Shown in pieces: positions 46,217 to 61,277 of a DNA stretch of 64,000 bases. Position 1 is the first letter of the stretch. Each line of letters opens with the position of its first letter. A program made the position numbers and the translations under genes. Below the pieces are notes generated by a model. The model was not told the DNA's origin. It saw nothing but the letters and a program-made list of their open reading frames with translations, and searched no databases. The DNA comes from Poseidonia sp. (GTDB taxonomy: Archaea > Thermoplasmatota > Poseidoniia > Poseidoniales > Poseidoniaceae): positions 9,113 through 73,112 of the forward strand of contig JBMYQB010000003.1 of NCBI GenBank assembly GCA_049600935.1, read 5' to 3'.

Positions 46217-47530
46217 ATGGCCGGGCGGAAGAAGAAAACCGTCCGTAAAGTTCGGGTTGCTCACGAACTTCCAAAGCGCCGCCGGATGGCGATTGACGAA
46301 GCCATGAAGGCGCATCAGACCGAAGACCGACCGGAGTGGGACAGGAGTTCTGAGTGGGGCGATGTGCGATTTTATCGCAAACGAATCAAGCCAGGAACCC
46401 TTCGAACGGTCCACCTCCCCCTGCTTGACGTCAATCTCGGCGATTCATGGCCCATTCCTGTCACCATCATTCACGGCGCTCGGCCCGGGCCATGCATCAC
46501 CATCTTGGGAGGCACCCACGGCGACGAATTGACTGGACCTTCAGCCTGCACCCACTTGCTCAGCAATGCGTTTACCGATGAAGGGAAGCCGCTCGACCCA
46601 AAGAGCATGGCTGGAACGCTTCGCATCGTTCCTGTGGTCAACCTTCCGGGCTATCGCATGAAATCAAGATACTTCCCCGACGGCCGAGACCTGAATCGCC
46701 AGTTCCCTGGCGACCCAGGAGGCTCAACGACTCGCCGAGTTGCCGACCAAGTATGGCGACATTTGGTTGAGGACAGCGACGGTATCATCGACCTGCACAG
46801 TGCGGCGAAGGGTCGCAAAAATATGCCACAGGTCCGGGTCGATTTGACGCATACAAGTTCCTACTTACTCGCTAAGTCCTTCGGAATTGAAATCATTCTT
46901 GATTCCATTCCACCAAAAGGTACACTTCGAAGGACGGCCAACAAAGCCGACATCCCCGTCATCACCTACGAGGGCGGCGGCGCCGATACCCTCGGCGACC
47001 AGTCCGTGAAAGTCGCCGTCCACGGCGTCATGAACGCCCTCCGTTCCATGCGCATGGTACCGGGCAATCCACAACGTCCGAAATTCCGTATCATGGCAAG
47101 CGGCTCCACATGGTTGCGAGCTGGAGAAGGTGGGCTGCTCGACATGTTCGTGCAGGCGGGCAGCGTCATGCGTGAAGGCGAGGTGGTCGCAACCATCTCC
47201 GACCCAGCAACGCCGGGCATGACCGTCGACATCGTCGCTCCGGAGGACGGTCTCATCATCGGTGCTGCCACCAACCCGTTTACGGCCGCAGGTATGCCCG
47301 TTGGGCATTTCCTTCCCATCTCCAAGCATTTCGGTTTACTTGAGGAGCAGATTGACGAGAACGGCCATTTCATCGTCAATGGAAGCCTCGAAGAACGTGT
47401 TTGGCGAGAGGAGCACGAAGTGAACGAAGTCTCGCTCGACGGTGAATGGAGCGGTGGCACGGTGGATTCAGAATGGGTCGGGTCCAAGCCAAACAGCGAT
47501 GAAAAGGACTTCGAAGAAGAAGCGGCTTGA
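46217..47530 (+). CDS. Succinylglutamate desuccinylase/aspartoacylase (M14) family protein
   Basis: GGTHGDE, DLNRQFPG, IDLHS, TYEGG; C-terminal biotinyl-like hybrid domain (GGLL...G..V....I.APEDG). Confidence 0.88.
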   Translation: MAGRKKKTVRKVRVAHELPKRRRMAIDEAMKAHQTEDRPEWDRSSEWGDVRFYRKRIKPGTLRTVHLPLLDVNLGDSWPIPVTIIHGARPGPCITILGGTHGDELTGPSACTHLLSNAFTDEGKPLDPKSMAGTLRIVPVVNLPGYRMKSRYFPDGRDLNRQFPGDPGGSTTRRVADQVWRHLVEDSDGIIDLHSAAKGRKNMPQVRVDLTHTSSYLLAKSFGIEIILDSIPPKGTLRRTANKADIPVITYEGGGADTLGDQSVKVAVHGVMNALRSMRMVPGNPQRPKFRIMASGSTWLRAGEGGLLDMFVQAGSVMREGEVVATISDPATPGMTVDIVAPEDGLIIGAATNPFTAAGMPVGHFLPISKHFGLLEEQIDENGHFIVNGSLEERVWREEHEVNEVSLDGEWSGGTVDSEWVGSKPNSDEKDFEEEAA

Positions 47531-48787
47531 TCACGACGAACCAAAGGCTGCCACCGCTGCGTGAATTTCCTCATCCCGCATGTTTCGCTTTTGGCTCTTT
47601 GCAACTTCGAAGAGGTGAGCGACAAGGTCGTCCGTGGCTTCGATGCCTTGTTGCTCCAACCACCAGATGATGTTCGAACGACCAGACATGTGCCCGATAC
47701 GAATGACTTGCTTCAATCCAAAGTCGCCAGCAGGGACCCCGGAATAGACGCGGTCGGCCAGCCAATCGTCGCCTTTTCGCATGGCCTTGATGACGGCGGA
47801 GGCGTGCACACCTGTTCCTGTTTCAAAGGCATCCTCGCCAAACACAGGATAGTTGCGTGGAAGCGGGACCTCGATGTATTCGTTCGCCTTCTGCATGTAG
47901 GTGTCAAGAAGGGTCAAGTCGTTGTCGATGACACCCATCAACTTGAGGTTGACCAGGGTCTGGTCGAGCGGTGCGTTGCCCGCTCGTTCTCCGACACCGA
48001 GGGCCGTGCCGTGAATCACATCGGCACCGGCTTCAACCGCAGCGATGTTGTTCGCCACGCCAAGTCCTCGGTCTTGGTGGCCGTGCCAGTTGACCTCGAT
48101 GTCTCGGCGTTGATAGCCAGCATCCTTGATGACCTCCTCATCAATGAAGGCGAGGAGTTTCTTCACACCGTTTGGCGTGACGTGGCCGCAGGTGTCGCAA
48201 ACGCAGAGCCGTCGAACACCGAGTTCCATGGCTCGCTGATAGATCATCTTCACGTCTTCGGGATTCGAACGGGTCGTGTCCTCGGTGACAAACATCACCG
48301 GGACGTCGTTCTCAACTGCGTATGAAACGGCTTTTTCCATGGTCGTGATGAGTTTCTCCATGGTCCATCCCTCGGTGTACTGGCGGATTGGACTGGTGCC
48401 GAGGAAGGCCGAGGCCTGGATTTCCATCTCGTGCTTGGCTTGCATCTCTACCAGAGGTTCAATGTCGCCCATCAGGGTGCGAACCGCTGCACCGGGTCGG
48501 ATGGAATAGTCGTTTTCGCTGATGTGCGTCAGCATGGCATCGATGTGATTACGATGGAACGGACCGGCACCGGGAAGACCCAAATCCACTTTTTGGAGAC
48601 CGAGTTTTTCCATGTATCCGAGGAGTTCGATCTTCTGCTCAATGGTTGGGTTACGCGCACTCGGGCTCTGCAAACCATCACGAAGTGTTTCGTCGTCAAA
48701 CCACACGCCGTGCGGATGGTTTGAAGCATCTCGCTTGAAGTCGTATTCAACCGTGTTCCAATCGTAAATCAAAGAACGCTCGTCCAT
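47531..48787 (-). CDS. LeuA/homocitrate synthase-family DRE-TIM enzyme (short form)
   Basis: DETLRDGLQ, CDTCG, HGHQDRGL, GVGERAGNA, GVHA; no C-terminal regulatory domain. Confidence 0.85.
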   Translation of the reverse strand: MDERSLIYDWNTVEYDFKRDASNHPHGVWFDDETLRDGLQSPSARNPTIEQKIELLGYMEKLGLQKVDLGLPGAGPFHRNHIDAMLTHISENDYSIRPGAAVRTLMGDIEPLVEMQAKHEMEIQASAFLGTSPIRQYTEGWTMEKLITTMEKAVSYAVENDVPVMFVTEDTTRSNPEDVKMIYQRAMELGVRRLCVCDTCGHVTPNGVKKLLAFIDEEVIKDAGYQRRDIEVNWHGHQDRGLGVANNIAAVEAGADVIHGTALGVGERAGNAPLDQTLVNLKLMGVIDNDLTLLDTYMQKANEYIEVPLPRNYPVFGEDAFETGTGVHASAVIKAMRKGDDWLADRVYSGVPAGDFGLKQVIRIGHMSGRSNIIWWLEQQGIEATDDLVAHLFEVAKSQKRNMRDEEIHAAVAAFGSS

Positions 48788-48847
48788 CAATCTCACCGCT
48801 GAAGCGAAGACCCCCAGCACGCTTGAGAACACGCCTTCCCGTTTCAA

Positions 48848-48884
48848 TGCGTCGCTTCACCGCCTTGCAGGTGAAGGAGGCGCA
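48848..48884. terminator. Imperfect hairpin just downstream of gyrA
   Basis: CTTCACC (48855-48861) / GGTGAAG (48870-48876) core, extended by TGCG/CGCA. Confidence 0.35.
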
Positions 48885-48898
48885 ACATCAGGGCTGCT

Positions 48899-53741
<4,843 letters not shown>

Positions 53742-53838
53742 TCAAAGGTTGAAATCGACCAAAAACCGAATGTTTTGGAGCGGAGGAGATGGCGAGGGGA
53801 TGCGTGAGCGTTAAGAAGAGGGCACAAATGGAGCGTTC

Positions 53839-54636
53839 ATGGCTGACCCAAAAGTGTGCGTCTCGTTGGAAGGCACGACCGTGAAGCAAATGGCTGATGA
53901 AGCGGCCCGGGCTAACTTGGCAGGAGCCGATTTCGTTGAGGTCAGGTTTGACCGATTGTACCTCAAACAACCCGAAGCGGAAGCCGTTGAAGACGAGAAC
54001 GGTGAGGTCAAGCACGTCATGCCACCGGACAGCGAATGGCCCGTGCGAGACCTGGAGAGCATTGATGTCGATGAATCCATTCAGAGCCTCAAGGAAAGCA
54101 TCCCGCTCCCCGTTATCTTCACCGTCCGCCCGCTTGATGAAGGCGGTCATTATCCAGGAGATGAGGACAGCAGGATGTCCATTCTCGGAAAGGCCATCGA
54201 ATCGGGCGTGAACTCGATTGATCTGGAACTCTCCATCGGCGATAAGGCCCGTTCTACCTTGGTGGAACAAGCCACCTCCGCCAAGGTGAACATCATCTCT
54301 TCAATTCACAACACGACCACCACGCCAAGTGCTGAGGAACTTGTGAACATGGTGAATGAACACGCCAAAGACGGCGAGATTTTCAAATTCTGCGGGACCG
54401 TGAACGATCATCAGGATGCGTTGCAAATCGTTGAGGCCAGCCACGAATTGAAGACGACTTCCCACGCCTACTCAATGATGGCGCTCGGCAACGGCGGTGA
54501 TTGGGCTCGCCTTCACGCACCGGTCTTGGGCCAATCTCTGGTCTACGCCACCTTGCGCTCAGAATTCAAGTTGTCCAACAAGGGACTCGTCAACATTCGA
54601 GATCTCAAGAATGCCTGGGCACTCATGGAGTATTGA
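53839..54636 (+). CDS. aroD: Type I 3-dehydroquinate dehydratase
   Basis: VEVRFD, IFTVR...EGG, IDLEL, SIHN, Schiff-base Lys (IFKF). Confidence 0.85.
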   Translation: MADPKVCVSLEGTTVKQMADEAARANLAGADFVEVRFDRLYLKQPEAEAVEDENGEVKHVMPPDSEWPVRDLESIDVDESIQSLKESIPLPVIFTVRPLDEGGHYPGDEDSRMSILGKAIESGVNSIDLELSIGDKARSTLVEQATSAKVNIISSIHNTTTTPSAEELVNMVNEHAKDGEIFKFCGTVNDHQDALQIVEASHELKTTSHAYSMMALGNGGDWARLHAPVLGQSLVYATLRSEFKLSNKGLVNIRDLKNAWALMEY

Positions 54637-55672
54637 GGCCTTCCTCTGGCGCTGAAACAGTCTGCTGTTCCAGATATGGAACCGATGCCTCCTTTACAGG
54701 CGCTGAACCATCCAATCCAGCCTCCATGTACCGTTTATTGAGTACCACAGGCACCACCACAACAGCTGCCAAGGCGACAAAGAGCGTCAGCGGAACCGTC
54801 CAAGGTGGAAGGAGGGCCGTGCGTTCGGTCGGTATCACCGTCACATCGGCGACAAGCACACGGTTGGTTGCGCCTGCATCACCGTCATTGGTGTTGTCCC
54901 AGGCATCAATGACGAGGTAGAAATCCTGCCATTCCGAGCCGCCAAACAGAGCGGTGTACACCTCGGGGCTGTCCAACGCCACCGAGAAGGTCGCTTGCTG
55001 TCGCGATTCATACTGATGCGCATCCCTGTACGTTTGCCAACCAAGCGGATTGAAACTTCGCCATTCCGGAGGTATATCGCTCAAAAGATTCGAATCGCCC
55101 CCAGCGAGGTCGAGGTCGTCCCACCACCATCCCCCGTGCATCATCCGGTAGACTTCTTGGTAGGAATCGTACTGAGAGGTGGTCATGAGGTAGACGTCCC
55201 CGTCCGCTGGCACCGTTTGGTTGTCAACGAGCGTGAACAGCGAGATGCAGAAGGTTGTACGGTGGGCGCTTGAGAGGTTGAAGCGCAGCACGCCAGCGCT
55301 GTCGTTGCCAACCTGCATCGTAGCGTATTGCCCGGTTGTCAATGGTTCAAGGGTTGGTAAGGGCCAAACGGGATTGTACATCCAAGACTCCTCAGGATGA
55401 AGAAGCGGGTCAAGTTCACCCGTGGACGCAACAGGTGCTCGACTCCCTTTGCCATCTTCCATGTCGTCCTCGTACATTTCTTCGAACATGAATGGACTTC
55501 CCCAAACACCGTGGGGCACCAGAGCAAGGCGTTGAGCCGTCGTGTTCCATTCTGGAGCGACCACTTCCCCTTCACAGGCCGTGGCAGCTTGAACGGGTTG
55601 GACCACGGCAAACGACGAAGAAAACAAACAAGCGACGAGCAGGAAGAGCGTCGCAAACGTCCCCGCCCTCAT
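54623..55672 (-). CDS. Hypothetical secreted protein with C-terminal TM anchor
   Basis: Signal peptide-like N-terminus; C-terminal hydrophobic helix followed by KR. Confidence 0.65.
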   Translation of the reverse strand: MRAGTFATLFLLVACLFSSSFAVVQPVQAATACEGEVVAPEWNTTAQRLALVPHGVWGSPFMFEEMYEDDMEDGKGSRAPVASTGELDPLLHPEESWMYNPVWPLPTLEPLTTGQYATMQVGNDSAGVLRFNLSSAHRTTFCISLFTLVDNQTVPADGDVYLMTTSQYDSYQEVYRMMHGGWWWDDLDLAGGDSNLLSDIPPEWRSFNPLGWQTYRDAHQYESRQQATFSVALDSPEVYTALFGGSEWQDFYLVIDAWDNTNDGDAGATNRVLVADVTVIPTERTALLPPWTVPLTLFVALAAVVVVPVVLNKRYMEAGLDGSAPVKEASVPYLEQQTVSAPEEGLNTP

Positions 55673-55718
55673 GCCATCACCAGTCCAAGGTGGTCGCCGT
55701 CGGCTTTAGGACATTGCC

Positions 55719-58700
55719 TCAACGGCGTCGTAGCGGACGAACATATCCGCTGTCATCGCTACGCCGCTCGTCCTTGGAAAGAATCTTCGGCGCCGGAGGC
55801 GGCATGTGGTGGTCCATTCCGAGAAGACCACCTTGCGTTTCGACGTGCTCAATGTCGGTGTACGTTTCAGCGGCCTCTTTCGCCTCTTCTTCGATGGAGG
55901 AAGGTTCGCGCATGACCAACCAGCCCAAGATGAGAGCCACAACGATGAGGGCGATGAAGGTGGCCAGTTCAGAGCCGGCATCGGCCAACCATGACTTCCA
56001 TTCTTCGGCGCTAAACTCTGAGAGCGAGGGGGGGCCTTCTGGTTCTGGAACAACTTCAATGTCCTCCGTGAGGGTATCGCACTGACCCATGCCATCGCAA
56101 ACCTCCACAAGGACGGTGTAGTAGCCCGTCGCCTCCCACGTGTTGATGGTTCTCACCGAGGAACCGGCAATGGGCGTAACCCAGTCGTTCATCGAATCCC
56201 CGTCTTCATTCAAATCGCTTTCAATGTCGAAATCCCAACGTACGGTAAATTCGGTCAAAATTCGCTCGTCCCGTTCGGTGATGGAACCGTCTTCAACATC
56301 CAAGTCGCGGTAAATCTCCATCTCCATGCCCGATTCTGTGTCAAAGACATCGGCATCGAAGGAAATCGATGAGCCTGCGAAGATGTTCTCCGGAACGTAA
56401 ATTTCTCGTGCCTCTGGAGGATGATCGACGATGACCGTGAAGGTTTGTCTGGTCACATCACCCGTGCCAAAACCGTCCCTGACCGTTAGGGACACGATGT
56501 AGGTCCCCGGCAAGGTATAGGCGTGCCACGGAGTGGCTTCGTGAACCAGAGGCGTAGCGTCTCCAAAGTCCCAGGTGTACTGAACCAGGCCGTTCCAATC
56601 CGGTGATTCCGTTTCAAATGGAACGTATTTTCCTTCAAACTGACGGTCGCCGTCTCGGGTTCCTGAAGAGTCGAAATACAGCATGCGTTCGGGGGCGGTC
56701 ACGACCGCTCCGTCTTCGTTGAAGGTGTGCGACCATCCATCGGGGACGGAGCCCTCAGGGAAGACCGTGGAGGTGGTGATGAGTTCACCGCCGATGTAGC
56801 CGTCGAGGATTCGAACTTGGATGATGGGCAACGGATTGGCGATTCGAACCGTCATGGTGCGAGCAAAACTCTCTGCACCGGCTTTGTCGGTGACCACGAG
56901 CGTGACCGTGTGAACGCCGGGCGTGGTGAACGTGTGGGTGACTTGAGGGCGATCGCCGAAGGTCCCGTCGGAAAAGGTCCAATTCCACACCTCGATGTCG
57001 GTTGAGTCGCCGATGGTACCATCCGGATCGCTGCTGTCAAGGCCGTCAAACACATAGGCGGTGTCAACTTCACCGTCTTCCTCACGGAAATCGATTTCTC
57101 GAGAGCCCATGGCGGAAAGGGTGCGCACATCAAAGGTGGCCACCGGCATTTGGTTCAGAACGACGATGGTCAAAACGGCGGAGACTTGGCTGCCGTCGTC
57201 GTCGGTGACCGTGAGCGACACGGTCTTGTTTCCTGGGACGTCCCAAGCGACAATCGGGTTGGTTGCACTGCTGGTGATTTGCGAGAAATCGTCGCCTCTG
57301 GACGGCGTTCCGGTTCCAATTCGTACACCGTCAGGGAAGGACCAATCGTAGGTCAAAATCTCACCGTCTTCGTCAACGAAGACATCGGGGAGCACCAAAC
57401 TTGTGTAGGTCATGGTGGTCAATTGTTCAGCAAAGATTTGCACAGGGACCCGGTTGTTGATGTGAACCTGGATGGTTTTCATGCCTGCGTTGATGCCGTC
57501 TGAGACGGTCAATGTCAAGTTGAACGTGGCGGTTTCGCCGTTGATGTCGTCCCACTCGTGTTGTTGGGAATAGGCGCCGATTCCACCGCTCGCCGTGCCG
57601 TCTCCCCAGTCCCATTGGAAGTCAAGATGCTGGATGGGAACGTTATCGCTGGTCCGTCCTGCGGAGAAGAGAATACGCTGTCCAGTCAGCAGGGTGATGT
57701 TGTCTTCGATGATGACGTTGTTCACCGTGATGATAGGGAAGGGTTCGGTTACGTCGCTGACGTTGATGGGATGCACTTGGGTCTCGGACCACGTTCCGCC
57801 ACGGTCTTGGACTCGCAACGTGGCGTTGTACGAGCCAACCGTCGTGTAGGAGCGCAACGGGGACTTCAGATTGGATGAGCCGTTGTCTCCAAACACCCAT
57901 GCGTAAGCAGTGGGCGCATCGAGATACGGCAGGCTGTTGTTGCTCAAGGAAAGCCCCCAAGCATCAAATCCAGCGCCCAAGAACTGGATGTTTTCCCAAG
58001 TTTGAACGTCCGTGAGAGAAACACTACCGTTGGCGACTGGCTTCATGTTGTTCAGCATTTGAGGCGAGGTTTGCAGCGTATCAACAACATCGCCAAGCAT
58101 GTCCTTCATCACCATCTCAAAGGAGTACTGGTCTGCCAACGGTGCCGTGAAGTAGACCTGCCCGTCAACCGAAACACCGCCGCCTGCGGCCACACGATCC
58201 GTGATGGAATCAACCAGTTGCCCGCTGCTGTCTCGGACATGAACCTCAACGTCCAGGTCCTCAAAGAAGGCGTTGGAGAGGACACCGTAGTTGATTTCGA
58301 CCGTGTCTTCCATCCCGTCTCCGTCTCTGTCAGACAACTGTGTGGTGTTTAACGAGAGGGTAGCTGGCGAAGTGATGCGGGCGGCTTCAATGTCAACGGT
58401 GCCCTCGGGGTAAGCCGGCCCACAGGACGTGTAATCACAGTCAGCGATGGTGGAGGCGTACCAGGTGATAACCCATACCTCGTCCGTGAGGTTCCCAAAG
58501 CCCGGAACCAAACCTGTGGCGACGTTGTTCACGAAATCGAGGTCCGTGACGCTCCACAAGCCGTCCGAAACTGCCTTTGTGACGATGACACCATCGAATT
58601 GGCTCTTGTCAGCCGTTAGCCGGAGGGTAAGCGGCGCTGGAGAGGCGCTTCCCGGTGTGAACTGGAACGAACGAATACCCCAACCTTCGAGTGTGTTTCC

Positions 58701-59924
58701 AGTTGAGGACCACGGCGTGGACCAGTCGCTGTTCACTTCAGTGGGCTGGGCGCGACAGAAGGCCCCGCTCGTGCAGACCGGATTGAGGTCAAGGTTAGGA
58801 TAACCGTAGATGCCCTGATCTGAATCAAGGGTTGCGGCAATGCTGAAATTTGCGAAAATCTCACCCATGGTGCGACCCAGCAAACCGACTTGCCCTGCTT
58901 GGGGTGAAAGGGCGAGGTTCTCAACCCCACGTCCGCCCGTCGCTGAGTCTTGGACGAGTTGACGAACAGCAGGGCCGCCGCCGAGGTGTTCAGCCAAGTA
59001 CATGGTGAAGAGATACCCTGCACCGTAGTCAGCAATACGCTGGTTCCACCATCGCACGGATTGTTCCGGGGCGCCCGTCCACGCGTTGACGTGTCCCCTC
59101 AGGGTCGAGTCTGCGCCAAAGCACAGGTAGATGGCGACGTCTGCGTTGCCCTCGTCAATCCAGAGATTTTCATACGGGTCAAGTGCGTTGTGAAGCAAAT
59201 GCTCGAGTTCGTGAGCAAGAATAGAGCGACCCCACGAGAGCGTGATGTCGGCAAAATCAACGAAGACCGCTTCTCTTGAGGAAGCGAAGGACGGTGCAAA
59301 GTAGCCACCGGTGTTGTAAGCGCCGTCGATATCGTAGATGATGATCTGAACCTGACAGTTGTTGTCCACATCGGGCGGAGCGAGTCCTCGCCCGTCTTGG
59401 TAATCCTTGCCGTAATAGGTGGTCATCGTCGGGTAGATGGTCGAATCCCACGTGCTCGCAAGGTTGTTGAGCACGGTCGACGAAAGAGTTCGGCCGCTCT
59501 GGACGATGAACGCCACAGAGTTGGTGGTCTTGGCCACGTAAGCCGAGATGGAGCCACCGGCCGTGGGCACGGTGAGCGCATCGTTGACAGCATGAGGCGT
59601 GCATGCTCGCCCGCTGGAACGGCCCATGGACGGTTCAATCACCATCTGGTCAACACCCGGCCGACCTGCGTCAATCCAGGCCTGACGCATGAATTGAGTG
59701 GCGGAGACAACGGGCTCCTCTTCGTGAATAAACAAATACTCACTTCCTTCACTGGGGTTGAATTCTTCAAGATCTCCGATGATGACGCCCCCTGCGTTAT
59801 AGGCCGGTGTGCTGTCCGTTTCGTCGGCGCCTTGCGCGGCCACGGAGAGGAGGAGAGGGGCGGTACTTGAGAAGACCATCAGGAGGACAAAGAGAAGTGC
59901 TGGAGTGGAGCGTCGTTCCGACAT
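55719..59924 (-). CDS. Surface zinc metallopeptidase (HEXXH...E, M30-like) with multiple PKD domains and C-terminal TM
   Basis: AHELEH, WIDEGNAD; repeated W.FGD/WDWGDG/WDFGD PKD motifs; signal peptide; TM near the C-terminus. Confidence 0.85.
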   Translation of the reverse strand: MSERRSTPALLFVLLMVFSSTAPLLLSVAAQGADETDSTPAYNAGGVIIGDLEEFNPSEGSEYLFIHEEEPVVSATQFMRQAWIDAGRPGVDQMVIEPSMGRSSGRACTPHAVNDALTVPTAGGSISAYVAKTTNSVAFIVQSGRTLSSTVLNNLASTWDSTIYPTMTTYYGKDYQDGRGLAPPDVDNNCQVQIIIYDIDGAYNTGGYFAPSFASSREAVFVDFADITLSWGRSILAHELEHLLHNALDPYENLWIDEGNADVAIYLCFGADSTLRGHVNAWTGAPEQSVRWWNQRIADYGAGYLFTMYLAEHLGGGPAVRQLVQDSATGGRGVENLALSPQAGQVGLLGRTMGEIFANFSIAATLDSDQGIYGYPNLDLNPVCTSGAFCRAQPTEVNSDWSTPWSSTGNTLEGWGIRSFQFTPGSASPAPLTLRLTADKSQFDGVIVTKAVSDGLWSVTDLDFVNNVATGLVPGFGNLTDEVWVITWYASTIADCDYTSCGPAYPEGTVDIEAARITSPATLSLNTTQLSDRDGDGMEDTVEINYGVLSNAFFEDLDVEVHVRDSSGQLVDSITDRVAAGGGVSVDGQVYFTAPLADQYSFEMVMKDMLGDVVDTLQTSPQMLNNMKPVANGSVSLTDVQTWENIQFLGAGFDAWGLSLSNNSLPYLDAPTAYAWVFGDNGSSNLKSPLRSYTTVGSYNATLRVQDRGGTWSETQVHPINVSDVTEPFPIITVNNVIIEDNITLLTGQRILFSAGRTSDNVPIQHLDFQWDWGDGTASGGIGAYSQQHEWDDINGETATFNLTLTVSDGINAGMKTIQVHINNRVPVQIFAEQLTTMTYTSLVLPDVFVDEDGEILTYDWSFPDGVRIGTGTPSRGDDFSQITSSATNPIVAWDVPGNKTVSLTVTDDDGSQVSAVLTIVVLNQMPVATFDVRTLSAMGSREIDFREEDGEVDTAYVFDGLDSSDPDGTIGDSTDIEVWNWTFSDGTFGDRPQVTHTFTTPGVHTVTLVVTDKAGAESFARTMTVRIANPLPIIQVRILDGYIGGELITTSTVFPEGSVPDGWSHTFNEDGAVVTAPERMLYFDSSGTRDGDRQFEGKYVPFETESPDWNGLVQYTWDFGDATPLVHEATPWHAYTLPGTYIVSLTVRDGFGTGDVTRQTFTVIVDHPPEAREIYVPENIFAGSSISFDADVFDTESGMEMEIYRDLDVEDGSITERDERILTEFTVRWDFDIESDLNEDGDSMNDWVTPIAGSSVRTINTWEATGYYTVLVEVCDGMGQCDTLTEDIEVVPEPEGPPSLSEFSAEEWKSWLADAGSELATFIALIVVALILGWLVMREPSSIEEEAKEAAETYTDIEHVETQGGLLGMDHHMPPPAPKILSKDERRSDDSGYVRPLRRR

Positions 59925-60011
59925 ATGAAACACCTAGAAGAATCGTCGCACTGATTCCCATTCCCACGAGAAGAAAGGAGGTATTTAAGAGTCCGTGGTT
60001 GAGGCATCACC

Positions 60012-61208
60012 ATGCATCGCCGCATAACTTCTCAAAACGGCGTCCATGGCAAGATGTTCCCGCTTTTCCTTCTCGTTCTGTTCGGGATGGCACTCACGCC
60101 ACTGTCCGCCTCTGGCGACGCGCCTTACGAGGAAGCCGATGCTTGCACGTTCGTGGAACATCTCCAATTTGATGGCACCTTGGCCAACGCTTCGGTTCAA
60201 TGGCAAGTTGACTTGGGTCCGCGGATTCCCGGAAGTGATGTCTCCGCTACCTTTCGAAGCAGCATTGATGAGAATCTAACGGCCTTGGGGTATGAGGTCT
60301 CGCAGCAAACGCATGAACGCTATGACATGAACCTCACAAATGTGTTCGCACGCTGGACCCCAAACGGCACCTCCTCTGGACAACTCGTGCTCTCGGCTCA
60401 TTACGATTCACGGAACATTGCCGACCAAGACAGCAACGAGACAAACCGTTCTCTCCCGGTCCCCGGTGCAAACGATGCCGCCAGCGGCGTGGCTGTCCTG
60501 CTGGAACTCGCCCGACACATCCCCTCAATGAACCTCAACTACGACGTTGTGTTGTTCTTCAACGACGCTGAGGACCAAGACCAACGCTACACCCTTGGCG
60601 CAGAAGCCTGGGCAGAGAATTTGACCTCCGAAGAGATCGACTCGACGCACGCCTTTGTGTTGCTCGACATGGTGGGAGACGCCGACCTGCAACTTCACAA
60701 CGTCCTTCCGGGCAACGAGACGCTCAAGTCCCGCGTCGTTGAGTTAGCCACATCTCTCGGCATGGTGAACGGGACCTCGGGCTGCGATGGAACGACCGGC
60801 CGGGACGTTGTGCAATACGACACGCTCGTGGGTGTACTGGACGATCACGTCCACGCACATGAACTCGGCATTCCATCCATTGATTTGATGGACACGTCCT
60901 ACGGCGAACCGAAACCCTACACCTTCGGAAGCCTCTGGCACACCATGGAAGACACACCGGACAAGGTGAGTGCTGAATCGCTCCAAGCGGTAGGTCAACT
61001 GGTGGAATTGGGTCTGCGGACCAATGCTTTTGTCGATGTGGGTTCAAACGAGAGCGAAACGAATCCGCCTGAGCCCTCCGATGCGGAACCGTCATCCAAT
61101 GACGATGTCGAAACGACCGGTTCAGTAAGGCTCGCCTCGATGGCAGCTGTTGGCTTGTTCGCCATCATTGGCCTCATCATCACGGTTGAATGGAAAGGAA
61201 AACCTTGA
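60012..61208 (+). CDS. M28 family peptidase/glutaminyl cyclase-like, membrane anchored
   Basis: SAHYDS, GANDAASGVA, DAED, LDMVG, DDH, WHT.ED; signal peptide and C-terminal TM. Confidence 0.88.
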   Translation: MHRRITSQNGVHGKMFPLFLLVLFGMALTPLSASGDAPYEEADACTFVEHLQFDGTLANASVQWQVDLGPRIPGSDVSATFRSSIDENLTALGYEVSQQTHERYDMNLTNVFARWTPNGTSSGQLVLSAHYDSRNIADQDSNETNRSLPVPGANDAASGVAVLLELARHIPSMNLNYDVVLFFNDAEDQDQRYTLGAEAWAENLTSEEIDSTHAFVLLDMVGDADLQLHNVLPGNETLKSRVVELATSLGMVNGTSGCDGTTGRDVVQYDTLVGVLDDHVHAHELGIPSIDLMDTSYGEPKPYTFGSLWHTMEDTPDKVSAESLQAVGQLVELGLRTNAFVDVGSNESETNPPEPSDAEPSSNDDVETTGSVRLASMAAVGLFAIIGLIITVEWKGKP

Positions 61209-61277
61209 TGCCCATACGCGGTGGAAAAGCAAAGAGGTATTATCCGCGCACGCGCTGGGCGGGACAGGAGGGCTACC

